NCBI RefSeq assembly: GCF_009914755.1
Contig: NC_060941.1
DNA: 64,000 bases
Direction: 5' to 3' (one strand)
Source: the human T2T-CHM13v2.0 reference genome, Homo sapiens
The notes beneath the pieces were generated by a model that was not told where the DNA came from, ran no database searches, and worked only from the letters and a program-made list of their open reading frames with translations. Positions 27,205-43,954 of the stretch are shown here, in pieces; position 1 is the stretch's first letter, and each line of letters starts with the position of its first letter. Position numbers and translations under genes: made by a program.

Positions 27205-27612
27205 TTGTTCTGGTTACAGGATGCAGATCTCTATAGGGGGCTACTCTTTTTCCTATGGATATAGCCTTGGTGGTGCCATCAGCCAAGAGGCCCTGAAAAA
27301 GCTAGGGGATGGTCCACATTAGACCAATCAGATTATCTTGCATGGCCTTAAATTGCCAGCAAGTGATCCAAGATGGAAAATGACCGGGGTGACTTTGCTC
27401 CTGAAACTGGAGCCCTGAAAACACCGTCCATTCTCTCCTACTCACTGGATCCTTGGACAACTCTCTTTCCCGAGCTTTCCAAAGCCTGGTGCTGCAATGT
27501 ATCTTTAATTCTGTGAGTCATCCCACATACTTCTAGTGAATTCCTCCTTTTTTTGCTTAAGTTACCCGAAGTTCATTTATGTTGCTTGCAACTCACAATC
27601 CCTAACTGATTC
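27205..27612 (+). mobile_element. LTR33-like ERVL LTR
   Basis: ccaatcagatt...ttctgtgag...ttttgcttaagtta...tgttgcttgcaac...cctaactgat. Confidence 0.65.
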
Positions 27613-27659
27613 TCCTCTGTTATGTCACTAATCATGTACAATTTACACACCTGTGTCTT

Positions 27660-27787
27660 TTTCATATAACTTTTTACTTGCATAGAATTGTTGTACTTAT
27701 TTTGGGGGTATATATGATGTTCTGATACCTGCATACAATGTATAATGATCAAAGCAGGATAATGGGATATCCATCACCTCGAACGTT
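27660..27787 (-). mobile_element. Short L1MA 3' end
   Basis: ggggta.atatgatg..ctgatac.tgcatacaatgtataatgatcaaa.cagg; TSD acac(c/t)tgtgtcttt. Confidence 0.75.
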
Positions 27788-28075
27788 CACACTTGTGTCT
27801 TTAACGAGATTAAACTCTTCAAAGTAGAAAGCACATTTGCTCATCTCTGTGCATCTGCCCCAAAGATCGACACTCTCCCATTAGGGACTCTGTAAATGTT
27901 TGTAGAAAAAACGAATGAGAGATTCTATGTGATTCTAAGGACATGTTATGTGAACTTACAAAAGCCATCCAACTTCTTTGCCTCACTGTCCCCAGTAAAA
28001 TCCCCATTAGTAAGTGTTAAACAGTGAGGGTGAGGGGAACGGCTCGTGTATTCCTGACTTCTCCCTTCACTCTCA

Positions 28076-28467
<392 letters not shown>

Positions 28468-29332
28468 GTTGTAACTACCATTGATTTTATGATCATTGCT
28501 GAAGAAAGTTTTTCTAAAATTTACCTACTGAAACGATGTCAAATTCACACCCTCCCAATTTTTCAGTTTCTTTATTTATCTCCCTCACTGAACTCAGATG
28601 CGTCAGATGTATCTCAAATGACTGATCACCGCCTGGTGTCCAGGAACCGTGAGACCACTTTCTTTCTCAGCTCCTGTTCCAACTCATGGGACAACCATGC
28701 TAACACTATGTGATTCTCAGTCCCTGATGTTAGCTAATTTGGAGCAAGAGGATGCCTAATCCATTGCACATCAATCAAATTCTCTCTCACAAGCAGTTGT
28801 AATTGCCCTTGAGAAATGCTGGTGTGAATCCCAGATGCTCACAGGAAGAGAGAATGTGTAAATATGAGAGGGATCAGGCTTTTCTGTCTGGCAGCCATTG
28901 TGTCAAAAACATAAAGAAAGTCAATCTGTAGAGAAAAGGGACTGCAGAGGATGCATAGAGGGAAGCCGAAAGAGAAAACCCCATGGTCTTAGGGAGAGAA
29001 AACCAAGAGAAGCCCATCCTTTCTGACAGCGGTGCAAATGCCAAATCTTTTGCCTTTGAGTTAGTTCTGCGACATACCTGAATCCATGTACTAAATACTC
29101 TTTGATTTTCCTGAGCCACTCTGACATGGGGACGTACAACCAAAAGCCTAACAAAGACAGCTGCCCTAGGTCAGGCTTCATCTTCTTTCCAGAAGACTCT
29201 TGCTAGGCTGGCTTCCTCACTGACCTCCCTGCCTCCTGGCTCCACCGCCAATCCACCTCTCACATGGGTTTCCAGGCAAACCTCACCGTGTTAGTGCCCC
29301 TGTGTGCAGAAAAGAGTTGGCGTTACCATTCT

Positions 29333-29633
29333 TGTTTTGTTTTGTTTTGTTTTGTTTGTTTGTTTTTGAGGCAGAGTCTCGCTCCTGTTGCCCAAGCTGC
29401 AGTACAGTGGCACCATCTCTGCTCACTGAAACCTCTGCCTCCCAGGTTCAAGTGATTCTCCTGCCTCAGCCTCCCAGATAGCTGGGACTACAGGCGTCCA
29501 CCACCAAGCCTGGCTAATTTTTTATATTTTAGTAGAGCTGTTGTTTCACCGTGTTGCCCAGGCTGGTCTCGAACTCCTGAGCTCAGGCAATCCCCTCACC
29601 TCAGCCTCCCAAAGTGCTAGGATTACAGGCGTG
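29333..29633 (-). mobile_element. Alu lacking its first ~15 nt
   Basis: (TTTTG)n tail; ends at ggattacaggcgtg abutting MER21. Confidence 0.9.
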
Positions 29634-29634
29634 G

Positions 29635-30157
29635 GGCTCTGGCATTCTAAAAAGGCCTGTTGCAAGCTCGCCCTTGGCTGGTGTCTGGGAACGTAGGTGA
29701 CAGAAGGGTCCCCATCCTAACTGATGTGAGCGGCTTACTCTGCCTAAAATGTTTGTGCAAACAGCGTGGTTTAAGCTAAACACCTGCTTTGCCTTTGGGA
29801 GTCTGGAAATTTAGTAAGCATTAGACCAAGGGTATCTATGTGACCATCCCCCCAATAAAATCTCTGGGCACGGAGTCTCCAATGAGCTCCTCTGAGAGAC
29901 AACATTTCACACTGTTGCCCCGACCTGTGGCTCAGGCGATTGAGCACCACATGTGCGGCTTCTCTGGGAGAGGACCCTTGGAAGCTTGTGCCTGGTCTTC
30001 CCCAGACTTCACCCAGGAGCCTTTTCCCTTTGCTGGCCTTACTCTGTATTGTTTTGCTGTGATGAATCGTAGCCATGAGTGTGACTGCATGCTGAGTCCC
30101 ACGAGCACTCTTGGCCAATCATTGCACAAGGAGGTGGTCCCGGGGACTCCAGACACA
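29635..30157 (+). mobile_element. MER21C-like LTR
   Basis: cccttggctgg..tctgggaac, aacacctgcttt, tggaagcttgtgcctgg, ggtggtc..ggggac.cc.gacaca. Confidence 0.85.
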
Positions 30158-30694
30158 CCCTACTCGAAACACAAGTATCCTTCCAGGATAAAGCCCACAT
30201 CTTCGTTTGACACCAGGACCACTGTAAGCCAGCTCTAATTGACATCTCAACCTCATCTCTCCTGTTCCCAACCTACCACCTTATGTTCCAATTACACCCC
30301 TGCCTCTATTACTTACCACTGTAGGCACCTGTCTTTCATTCGCCTGGGCCCATCTCAGGAAGCCCTCCTGGAGGATCCCTTCTATCAGAACCCAGATGTT
30401 CCTGCCTCATGCTCTATCCCACTTCCTAACACAGATCCTGGAGTCCTAGAAGTTTCACCACACCCATATCCCAATCAAGGGTGATTCCTGGAAGTCAGGG
30501 GCGCAGCCCATCTATGATTTGCATCCGCAGGGACAGGCCAGGCCCCAGCACACAGTAGGTGCTCAATAGAGGTACTGCAAGCTTTAGCCTCCCTATACAG
30601 ATGTCTCTCTCCTCTGAAATCAGGAAATCAACACCCCTGAGACTTGAGACTTGTGGCCTTGTGCACCTATGATCCTTTTGATAAAGACACTTGA

Positions 30695-31088
<394 letters not shown>

Positions 31089-31105
31089 GCATTCCACATT
31101 TTTTT

Positions 31106-31207
31106 AAACTACCATGCTTTAGTCATTATACAGTGCATACATTGAAACATCACACCGTACCCCACAAACATGTATAACTATTATGTGTCAATAATAAACA
31201 ACAAAAG
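31106..31207 (+). mobile_element. L1MA-type 3' terminus fused to U6
   Basis: tcattata...catcacac.gtaccccac.aa.atgta.aactattatgtgtcaat plus A-rich tail. Confidence 0.8.
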
Positions 31208-31977
31208 AGGTACACAAATCCCCTGACTCGGTCTAGATTCCAATTTAGACTCAGCATATATGATGGAGAACCTGGAAGTGGGGGCTATGCACTGAGATTC
31301 CCTGATCTCCACATTACATGACACTGTCAGAGAAGTAAAGCGACCTAACCGAGGTTGCCCAGCTGGTGAGTGGCAGAGCTGGGACTCAACTCCAGAGGAG
31401 TCAGGTCCAGAAGTCCACCCTGTGAACACTGTCCTCGAATCATTGCTCAGTGTGTGCAGACCTGGCCTGGGGAGCCGTCCCCTGAGCTCCGGGGCCGCCC
31501 TGGGTCACTGTCCTCATCAGTGACCTCCCCGAGGGCCAGGACTCCAACGCTCCTCTTACCCTGCTCCCAGCTCAGGGCAGTGCAAACTGGTGATACCATG
31601 TTGACCCCCGAAGCTGACACTAATTCTCTCCTCCCATGTGAGCCTGCTCCAGAGAGGTCTGAAGGTTCTATTCTCCCAGGAGGAGCTCCAACTGCCTCCC
31701 AGCTTTAAGGAAATTCACATAAATTGAATCCACGTGGAAAAGAGGCATTTTAGCCTGTCCTTCGCTGCAGCCTGAGAGCCAGCTTCAGGGTCCTGCACCC
31801 CAGAAAGCTCCAGGTTTCCTTTGGCTGAATCCTTTTGACATTTTCAATGGTAAAATAAATTTGATTTGCAGAAGCCATGAAGGAACTGAGGCGATGTGAT
31901 TTCCAAAATGCACTGTGTTATTGGATATGATAAAAGACTGAATGAGTCAGTAAATGTAGCAGTTTAGTAACTGTTTA

Positions 31978-32430
<453 letters not shown>

Positions 32431-32574
32431 TCACAGACACAGACAGACACACGGATTCACACCCCGCACTCCTGCATACATAAACAGGCACAGATACAGA
32501 GGCAGAAGTTCACAGCCACGTGCACATAAACATAGGTGCATGCGCCAGGCATGTCCACGAAAAATCGTCATAGC

Positions 32575-32800
32575 CGGTGCCAATCATTGGGCAGTGAAAA
32601 TGTGCCAGCTACTGCGATGAGGACTTTGCATCCTTTTGTCTCAGCTACTAACTTACTCGTTTGCACAACTGTCTGAGATAAGCAAGTTATTATTCCCATT
32701 TTACAGAAACTGAGGCACCAAGATCTTAAGTAACTTACCCAAAGAGATCCCAGCTAGGAAGTAGGGAAGCCAAGGTGAGAACCCAGACAGATTTCAGAAG
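32575..32800 (-). mobile_element. MIR
   Basis: attattcccattttacagaaactgaggc...ttaagtaacttacccaa. Confidence 0.75.
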
Positions 32801-32804
32801 CTTT

Positions 32805-33098
32805 GTTCTCTTTTTTTTTATTTTCCTTTTCTTTTTAGTTTCATTGAAATATAATGGACGGATCCTCCACTTCACAGCTGTATAGTTTGATGAGTTGTGA
32901 TGTGTGTGCATACTCATAGACTCATCACTACAATCAAGATAATGAACACATCTATCACCCGCAAAAGTTTTCTTGTGCCCTTGGTAATCTCTCGCTTATG
33001 TCCCCATCCTTGAGCAGCCACTCTTCTGCTGTCTGTCACTGTAGATTGGTTTTCATTATCTAGAATTTTCTAGAATGGGTCCTGCAGTGTGTCCTCTC
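32805..33098 (-). mobile_element. L1MB/ME 3' end
   Basis: ttgaaatataat...tttgatgagtt...caatcaagataatgaaca...tctgtcactgtagatt. Confidence 0.75.
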
Positions 33099-34009
33099 TA
33101 ATGCCTACAGAAGCAATGCTCACTATGACCACACTGTGGGCATCCTCACACATGCATGCACAATGTCCGCAAGTCCTCACCAGCACACACCCCCAGCACC
33201 ACATTCCCCCCTCATCATCCCCCCTTACACCCATTCCCAACCCCCTAGGCGTAAAGCGCTCATATGCCCCCCACCCCCACCCCTCACTGTATCTTTCAAT
33301 CCATGCTCCTCCTCGGGAATAATTTTGCTCCATTCATCAGCAAAATAAACTCCTCACTGTTTCCCAGCAAAGCAGTGCAGCTCCTTTCTCCTAAGTCCAC
33401 ATGACAGGTGACTGCAGACCCACCGTCCTCAGCACGTGAGCCCTTTGTAGGCTCTGGTTCAATTCTCAAAAGCTTTGCTCATTCGACAACTATGAAGATG
33501 CCCATTCCCCTAGGCACTATATATTCAGCAATGACCAAGAAGTCACAGTCCCCTCTGGCTATGGAGCTGAATCACCTCCCCAGCCAGCATAACCGGCCTT
33601 GTGCTATGGGGCTGGCCAGAAGGGGAAACCCTCCGGCACTACCAGGCTGGCTGAAGAACCAAGTCACAGGTTCACAATTAAGAAAGAGAATAGGAAGATG
33701 GCATGGAAAGGAGGGGTGAGGGGAAGAGGAAGAGAGAAGGACCCCAAACCAAGCTCAGACCGGTGTGGCTGGCCAGGAGAGGAGGAGTCTTCCTTCAAAG
33801 GTGGACGCTGAAAGACAGCCACAAGACACTGTATGGAGACAGTGGGACAGGGCAGGGCTGAGCAGAGCTCCATTGCTAGGAGCATGGGCCATGGCTCGTG
33901 GCTGACCACCAGCCTTTATGGGACAGGAGAGGGGGCTTGCACGCCCTGCATCAAAGCCAGTTACTGCAGGGGGCTGGTGTCCAGCTCATACCTCAGGTCT
34001 AACTCACCC

Positions 34010-34194
34010 CTAAGCTGTCAATCTGGATACACACTGGAATCATTCTAGGAGTTTAAAATAATATTGAGCCCTGGGTTCCACTCCCAGATTATCTGATTTA
34101 ATTGTTTGAGGGAGGGGTATGTGTCCTCGGCATATGCATTTTTAAAAGCTCCCCAGGTGATTATCTAATATGCAGTCCAGTTTGAGAACCTCTG
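34010..34194. mobile_element. MER5A (hAT-Charlie MITE)
   Basis: gcatttttaaaagctccccaggtgatt..aatatgcag..agtttgagaacc.ctg. Confidence 0.8.
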
Positions 34195-35309
34195 TAATTC
34201 TTCATTCGCCTCCAGTCTTAGGATAGGTACCTCCCAAAAGCACCGCAGGATACAAGAAAGCAACACCACTAGAAGGAACGCCTCCAATCCCATCTCCCTG
34301 CAAATACCCTAATGGGAATTTAACAAGATGACCTATGTTGATTAGATATCAATTAATTGTGAGAAGAGGACTGAAGATTTCATAAGCAATCAATCTCACT
34401 GTCATGTAATTAACTGAAATTGGTATAAGTAGTAAGTAAATGCTCAGTGATAATGACTTTCTTATCAATATCAGATATTTAAAACCTTTCAGGTTTTACT
34501 GGTAATTCAATGTCAAGATAATTAGGTATCAGTCAGGCACATTAAATATTGTTTACATTGGCCATTGTTCTTTAAATCTGTGGTAAGACAGTTATGGGGT
34601 CCCCAGCCAATGGCTCTTGCTTATTTGGGATGACACGTCTAATACATTGACAAGTATTAGATAAGATAACATCTGAATAATGAACTACCATGGAAAGTAG
34701 AGAATGCTGAGTTTATTTCAGCGTCACACGCTGGTACCAGAAGCAGACGTCTAGTCTAATATGTTATCTCAGCTAAGCTGAGCTATTGAAGAACTACTGC
34801 AAAATCCCTTCCCCTTAATTACATTTTACTGTTAATTAATCAAATTACTTTATCATTACCTTGATGCCAACTCCTATGAACCAGATTACTTCAATCATGT
34901 CGAACCTCTACTTCCTTGTAGATGTTTTTGATGTATGGAAATCACGATGGGGCTAGAAGCACTCATGACTCCCGCATGAAGAAAAAAAACTATTGCTTCC
35001 GACCATCAAGCTTTACAGACATGGACCTGAATCATCTTAATGTGTCCCGAGGAAGGCAGAGGAGGCAAGGCATGAGCGTGCTGAGAAGAGACTTTACGGG
35101 AGTAAAAGATGCAGGCGGTAGAGTGGCTTTGATTAATAGATGGTATCATTCCGTTGAAAACAAGTCCATCTGGTATATTTTAAAAATTGTTAGAGGTGTT
35201 CCAGTGGGTTATATCCCCAAAAGGCCACATCATAAAGGTGCAATAGGCTCCACATCAGTGCCGGCCCTGGGTAGAATGCTGTTCTTGCTCTCATGAAGTA
35301 AGGGGGAAG

Positions 35310-35520
35310 GAAGAGGGTGCTGGTCAAGAATGTGGGCTTCAGAGTGGAAGCCTTGAACAAACTGCTTAAAGTCTCTAGGCCTTGATTTATGTATCTGTAA
35401 AATGGGGATAATGATAATATCCACCTTACAGGGCTATGGTGGGGACGACATGACATCATTCCTTGAACTCCCCAGCTCTATGTACATAGCAAAAGTTCAG
35501 TAAATGATGATTATTACTAT
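35310..35520 (+). mobile_element. MIR
   Basis: atctgtaaaatggggataatgataata..cacct..cagggct. Confidence 0.75.
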
Positions 35521-35569
35521 GCTTCATTTTGCTTTCATTGTATCATTGTCTTGATCCCATTCAGTGCCT

Positions 35570-35910
35570 TTGGGCCGCAGTCTCACTTTGATATTAGTAT
35601 TTTCACTCCCTCTTCTATGGTTGTGGTTAGGGCTGAGGCACTTTTCCTGACATCCTTTTGCCCAGACCTTTATTTTTTACCTTTCTTAATCATTTCTTTC
35701 TAGATGAGATGCTGGTAAACAGGATAGAGCCAAGCTTTCTTTCTTGACTCAGTCTGGAGTTTCTGCCTTTTATTGAGGGGGTTCAGTCAATTTCCTCTCA
35801 TGGGAATAATTGGCACACTTGTTTTATTTCTGCCCTCTTAAGTTATGGCTACTGTTTATTTTACTTTGTTATTGTTTTATTTTTCCTTTTCCTTCATTTA
35901 TCTGGCTTTG
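35570..35910 (-). mobile_element. Ancient L1M fragment
   Basis: tgatattagtatt..cactcc, gtaaacag.atag, cagtctg...tctgccttttattg. Confidence 0.5.
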
Positions 35911-36983
35911 TTAAGTGACTATGCATTCCTATCCTCTCCACTCCATGATTTTGAAAATTCCCTCTGGCTTCCCAGCTATTAGCGATGACCATTCTCATCT
36001 TTATATACACGAAGCACCCTGTATTCTTCTCGTTATGTTAAACAGCCCTGTCCTAGCACAGAAGTCCTCTCCTAGCCCTTCATTGAGGTCTACGGAATCT
36101 CTCTTCTTCACTATCTGTCTCTGTCTCCCTGATTTTTCTCTTTGTATTTGGGCCCTAGGTTTTGAGATACTTCTACTCCTGATCTTCTGTCATTATTTTA
36201 ATTCTCCATAGAGACAATTCTCTAATTAATATATTCATTTATTATGTCCAAACTTCAAGATTTAAGAACCACTTCTAAGTTTCAGAAAATCTTTACTTCA
36301 CTCCCATTGGATCTCTTTAAGAGTTTGTATTTCTTTTTTGTCCAAGCTGTCTCCTGGATCTTGCCCAGATCTATTTCAGACACAGACACCTGTCCCAATT
36401 CTTCCACTGGGTCTGCTTCCCTCTGGTTCCTGTCCCCCTCATCTGTGGTTTTTTTCTTTGCCTGCTCATGCTCCCTGTACCCTCAGCGGCCGACTCCAGT
36501 TGTCACAGCCCAACCAGAGTGACAGGCACATGGGCTTCTGTTCCTCTGGACTGGCAGTGACTGACCTGGCCGGCCTCTGCTGAGACCCTGGAGGATGCCT
36601 CTCTGCTCCCAGGGGAACCATGTCAATGGTAGCGCTCCCCCAAACTCAACACCTGTGAGCAATTCAGCCTCGGGTGGAAAAGAAAAAAAAATGACAAAAT
36701 GACTGCAGCAAAATTTAAATTTTAAAAATAATTTGCAAATTGGTCATTGGCCAAATTGATTGTATGATGAATTGACTGGTGTAGACATAGTTTTTGGTAA
36801 ATTTGTTTGCTTCCTCACAAAAGAACTGGCAATCCAGTTTGCAAGGATACTCACCAAGGCCCCTTCCCGCCTTGCTCTGGAGAGGGTGTTGAGAGGCAGT
36901 GGGCAAGTGGGAGGTGGGGACAGGCGTTCAGCCACCATCTTCCAGAGTTCTCATTGTGTTGCCACTGGAGTCATCTGCTTCTG

Positions 36984-37279
<296 letters not shown>

Positions 37280-37724
37280 TCTTCTTCTGCTTTAAACCAG
37301 GTGAATTGTACTTGTGGACTTGAAGGTGCAAGTGAGAGTGTGTGTTGATACTGGTGTCCGTAGCTACAAGCCCTGCAGAGCCAGCTCATAACACAAGTGC
37401 CAGCTATTGCTAAGGAGAAGCAAGGCTGACTTGGAGTGTATTTTCCAGAATATGAGTGGCAGCTGTGATGCCCTGCTCTGCCCCGTGAGGTGGGAGCCAG
37501 GCTGATGGGCCATGTCCCCAGGAGGCCAGCATGGGGAGGGACTAGAGACATCATACTACAGAAGACTGTGGACTGGGCTTGGGGGCTGAGAGGTAGGAGG
37601 GTGGGGGGTAGGAGTCAGAGTGCTCAGCCTAGAGAAGACGCACTAACATGGAGTGATGTCCTAGGAAGAGCGATAGGCTTCTGTGTGGCCCCAAGGGCTG
37701 GGACTGAGGCAGCGTGGAGGCTAG

Positions 37725-37885
37725 GAAGACCATTCTACCATCAGAGCTTACCAGCGATGGACTTGTCTAGGAGGAGGGAGCTCTCCATCATAAAAGGCAT
37801 GCAAGCCAGACCTGAGAGGTCATTTGATGGAGACAGATTGGGTAATTCCAGAGCTTCTTCCTACCTGGGAGTCTGTAATTCCTAA
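37725..37885 (+). mobile_element. L3/CR1 3' end
   Basis: gagctctccatca..aaaggcatgcaagc.aga.ctg...ttcttcc.ac.tgggagtctgtaattc. Confidence 0.55.
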
Positions 37886-38377
37886 AATGGCTGAGATGTA
37901 ATGGTTGGGGGAGCCCTACTTCTCACCACAGGTACTAAGATTCGTGAACCCTGAATGCGCTGAGCAGAGGAATGGGGAAGCTTTGCTATGGAAAAAGTCA
38001 CAATACCCTTATCTTTCCTCCTAAGAGTCTTACATCCATCTTGAGGGAGTAACCTCTTTCTTTATTTTAGGCAAATTATCGTGATGTGCTTTTTAGTAAC
38101 ATAAATACTCACCAGTTGTTCTTGGAGAGAACTGTGAGATCACCATTGACCAGCATACAAATCTTTTAAATTAAAATTTTTAGGGTTCTCTTTCACCCCT
38201 CAAGTTGGGAAATAGTGGCACCCAGTCATGTAGCTCTGAGAGTCTCTTGTCTCCCACCCCCATATGGGAAGATATGGAAGCTATAGAGAAATACTTCCTG
38301 CTTCTACGTGAACCGTTGCTGCAAATGGATGCAGATTCCTCATTTTCTTGGGGAAATGGGAGTCCTTTTCTAGGGAC

Positions 38378-38680
<303 letters not shown>

Positions 38681-40022
38681 GGGACTTTTTATGGGAGAGG
38701 AAAATCTGACCTCAGAGGGAACACGCTACTGTTACCTGCTCCACCTGCCCGCTGACCCTTCATTGATTCCTACAAGAAGAGCCTAGTGGTCTCTGGATAG
38801 CTAGATGTTTATTTCCAAGAATGGGCTAGGTCTGACACAAGAGCAACTGATAACTCTGTCCAGGCCCATTGAGTCCAAGGGTGTTCCAGACGTCACACTA
38901 GGCATGGAGGAAACACAGAAGCAGCATAAGTGATTGACGAGTAAAAGGAGATAAGGGTTTTGACAAAGGTGACCTGGGTTCACTGTTGGCCTATAGAGAG
39001 CAGAGGAGGTGAGGCCTAGGGGAACAGTGTGGATGCTGCCTCCTCCATGCCCCACTTGCGAGGCCCACTCATCAGGCAACTAAGCACATGGGAGCAAGGA
39101 TCTCTATGTCACTGTCTTGCATCAGATGCTGAGCTGCTCAAGAATGGGATCCTCTCTGGTTTCTCTGCTCATTCCTCTTCACAGGGAAGGGTCAGTCACA
39201 TTCAAGGTATGCCATGAGCAGAAAGTGATGGGAGAGAGTGGAGAAGTGGCAGTAGCTCCATCAAGGAGGTCTTGCAATTCTAGCTAAGGAGCTGGACTTC
39301 GAGCAGCAGGTGGCACGGCCAGGGGAGCAGGGAGCGGAACTGAGGGCATGGTGGGAGTCAGCTATGAAGCAGTGAGCTCTGCTGCATCCATGGCCTTGGT
39401 GGGCCATCTTGGAAGGGACCAGCAGGACAGTGGCTGCTCCAGACCCATCCCACCCAAAAATGTCCCCTAGAGCAGGAGAGAGACCTGTGGGAGAAGCAAG
39501 CCGATATAAATCAGAGCTAACCTGTGCTGATCCCCGGCTCCCTAAATCAAGAATCTGACAGGTTTTCTGGGCGAGAATCAATCTTACTGTCCCCACAGTA
39601 AATACCATAATCCTTTTTCCAGTGTGGTTTAGAGAATGTAACTGCCATGCTCATGATTTATTCGAAAAATATTCTGCCAGGTTATGTGAACGAATGGGGG
39701 AGTCCACGTGCTTTTAAACAGGAGTTCAGGGAGCTCTCAATGGGACTGGCACCTCCCTCTTGGGGCAGCTCCAGCAGGCTGCCAGCTTCCACACCTGCCC
39801 CATGTGGTGGGCCACCAGAACCAAGGACACGGGAACTGAGGGCGGGCAGCAGGACACCAGAATGACCACTCTTTAGCTGGGAGGGCAGAGCAAAGGCAGC
39901 CAGCCAGCCAGTAGGTGGCCAGGCCTCTCAGGGCTCCTTTCTATGAAAACCATGACTGGACTTCTCTTTTCTATATTTTTTGTAATTTATTTGTTACGTA
40001 GCTAATATGAGAATGCATTCTT

Positions 40023-40357
<335 letters not shown>

Positions 40358-40417
40358 TCAAATAATTCAGAAGTTTTCAGAGAAAAATGTGAATCTCCCT
40401 TCTATACCCTCCCATGA

Positions 40418-40760
<343 letters not shown>

Positions 40761-40899
40761 AAGGTTTTTTTTTTTATGATATGTAGTTTATAGTTACAGT
40801 TTATGTATTTATATGGTATTTTTATATAGTGTTTATATATGCATGCATACATAAATATATAGACCCACACATATACAGTATGTATGGGTTTATACTGCT

Positions 40900-41530
40900 T
40901 CCAGTTGTTTTTAACCTTTGTAAACAAAATCATGATGCATTTCTTTATAACTAAATGCATCTTGGCACATATGTATGAGTTTTCTTTTAATATAGATTCT
41001 GAATGAGACATGGCTGGTGGGAGTTCTGACAAATTCTACCAAATTGCCCTCCAAGCATAATATGCCAATGGGATATAAGTGTCTGTTTCCCTATATTACT
41101 AGGAACGCTTTCATTTAATTTTTGCCAAGTTGATGGGCATAAGCCCCTCATTGTTGATTTACCCATAACTGGTTCCTAAGAACGTGGAACACACCTCCCT
41201 GCATTTAGGGGTTTGGTGCGTCTTTTTTTCTAGGTATTGTCTAATCATTCCTTTGCCCAGCTTTCTATTAAGTTCTTTGTCTTTTTTTCTTATGGAATTT
41301 AGGGATTTTCATCTTCGTCTTTCAAACATGTTGCAAATACTTCTTTTCACTTTGCTTTGCTGTTAACTTTGTGGTGTCTTTCTTGTTTAGAAATTTTAAA
41401 TTTTTAAAGAATTCGGATTTGATTGTCTTTTCATTTATGGCTTCCAGATTTTGTGATTTGCATGGGAAGGCTTTCCTTTCCCAGAATTATAGTCTCATTT
41501 TTTTCCCCTCTATTTTCTTCTAATGTTTTT
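40900..41530 (-). mobile_element. Ancient L1M fragment
   Basis: gcttccagtt, ccaaattgccctccaa, cctttgcccag.tttct, gttgcaaata. Confidence 0.6.
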
Positions 41531-41559
41531 GCATTTCTGTATCTCACATTCACTCACGG

Positions 41560-42810
<1,251 letters not shown>

Positions 42811-42869
42811 CTGCCAAGACAAGGCCAAGAATGCTCCCTCTTCTGAGTTGCAATAAAAAGCGAGGACTT

Positions 42870-43472
<603 letters not shown>

Positions 43473-43648
43473 TCAGCCAAGGAATTGTGAGTGTGTAGTT
43501 GTCCGAGTGGATAAGGGAGAAAGAATCCATGAGTGGTCCTGGCAGTTTGTACTTAAACATCAGACAGAGCCTTCATGGCACATAAGCTGGACTAAGCTCA
43601 GATGTATGCTTACAATAATGTCCCCAACCTAACAGTAAGTGTGCGGCC

Positions 43649-43950
<302 letters not shown>

Positions 43951-43954
43951 ATAA

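Noticed and set aside
28560-29160. Possible old ERVL LTR (LTR33/LTR16-like)
   Set aside because: Similarity too weak to call by eye
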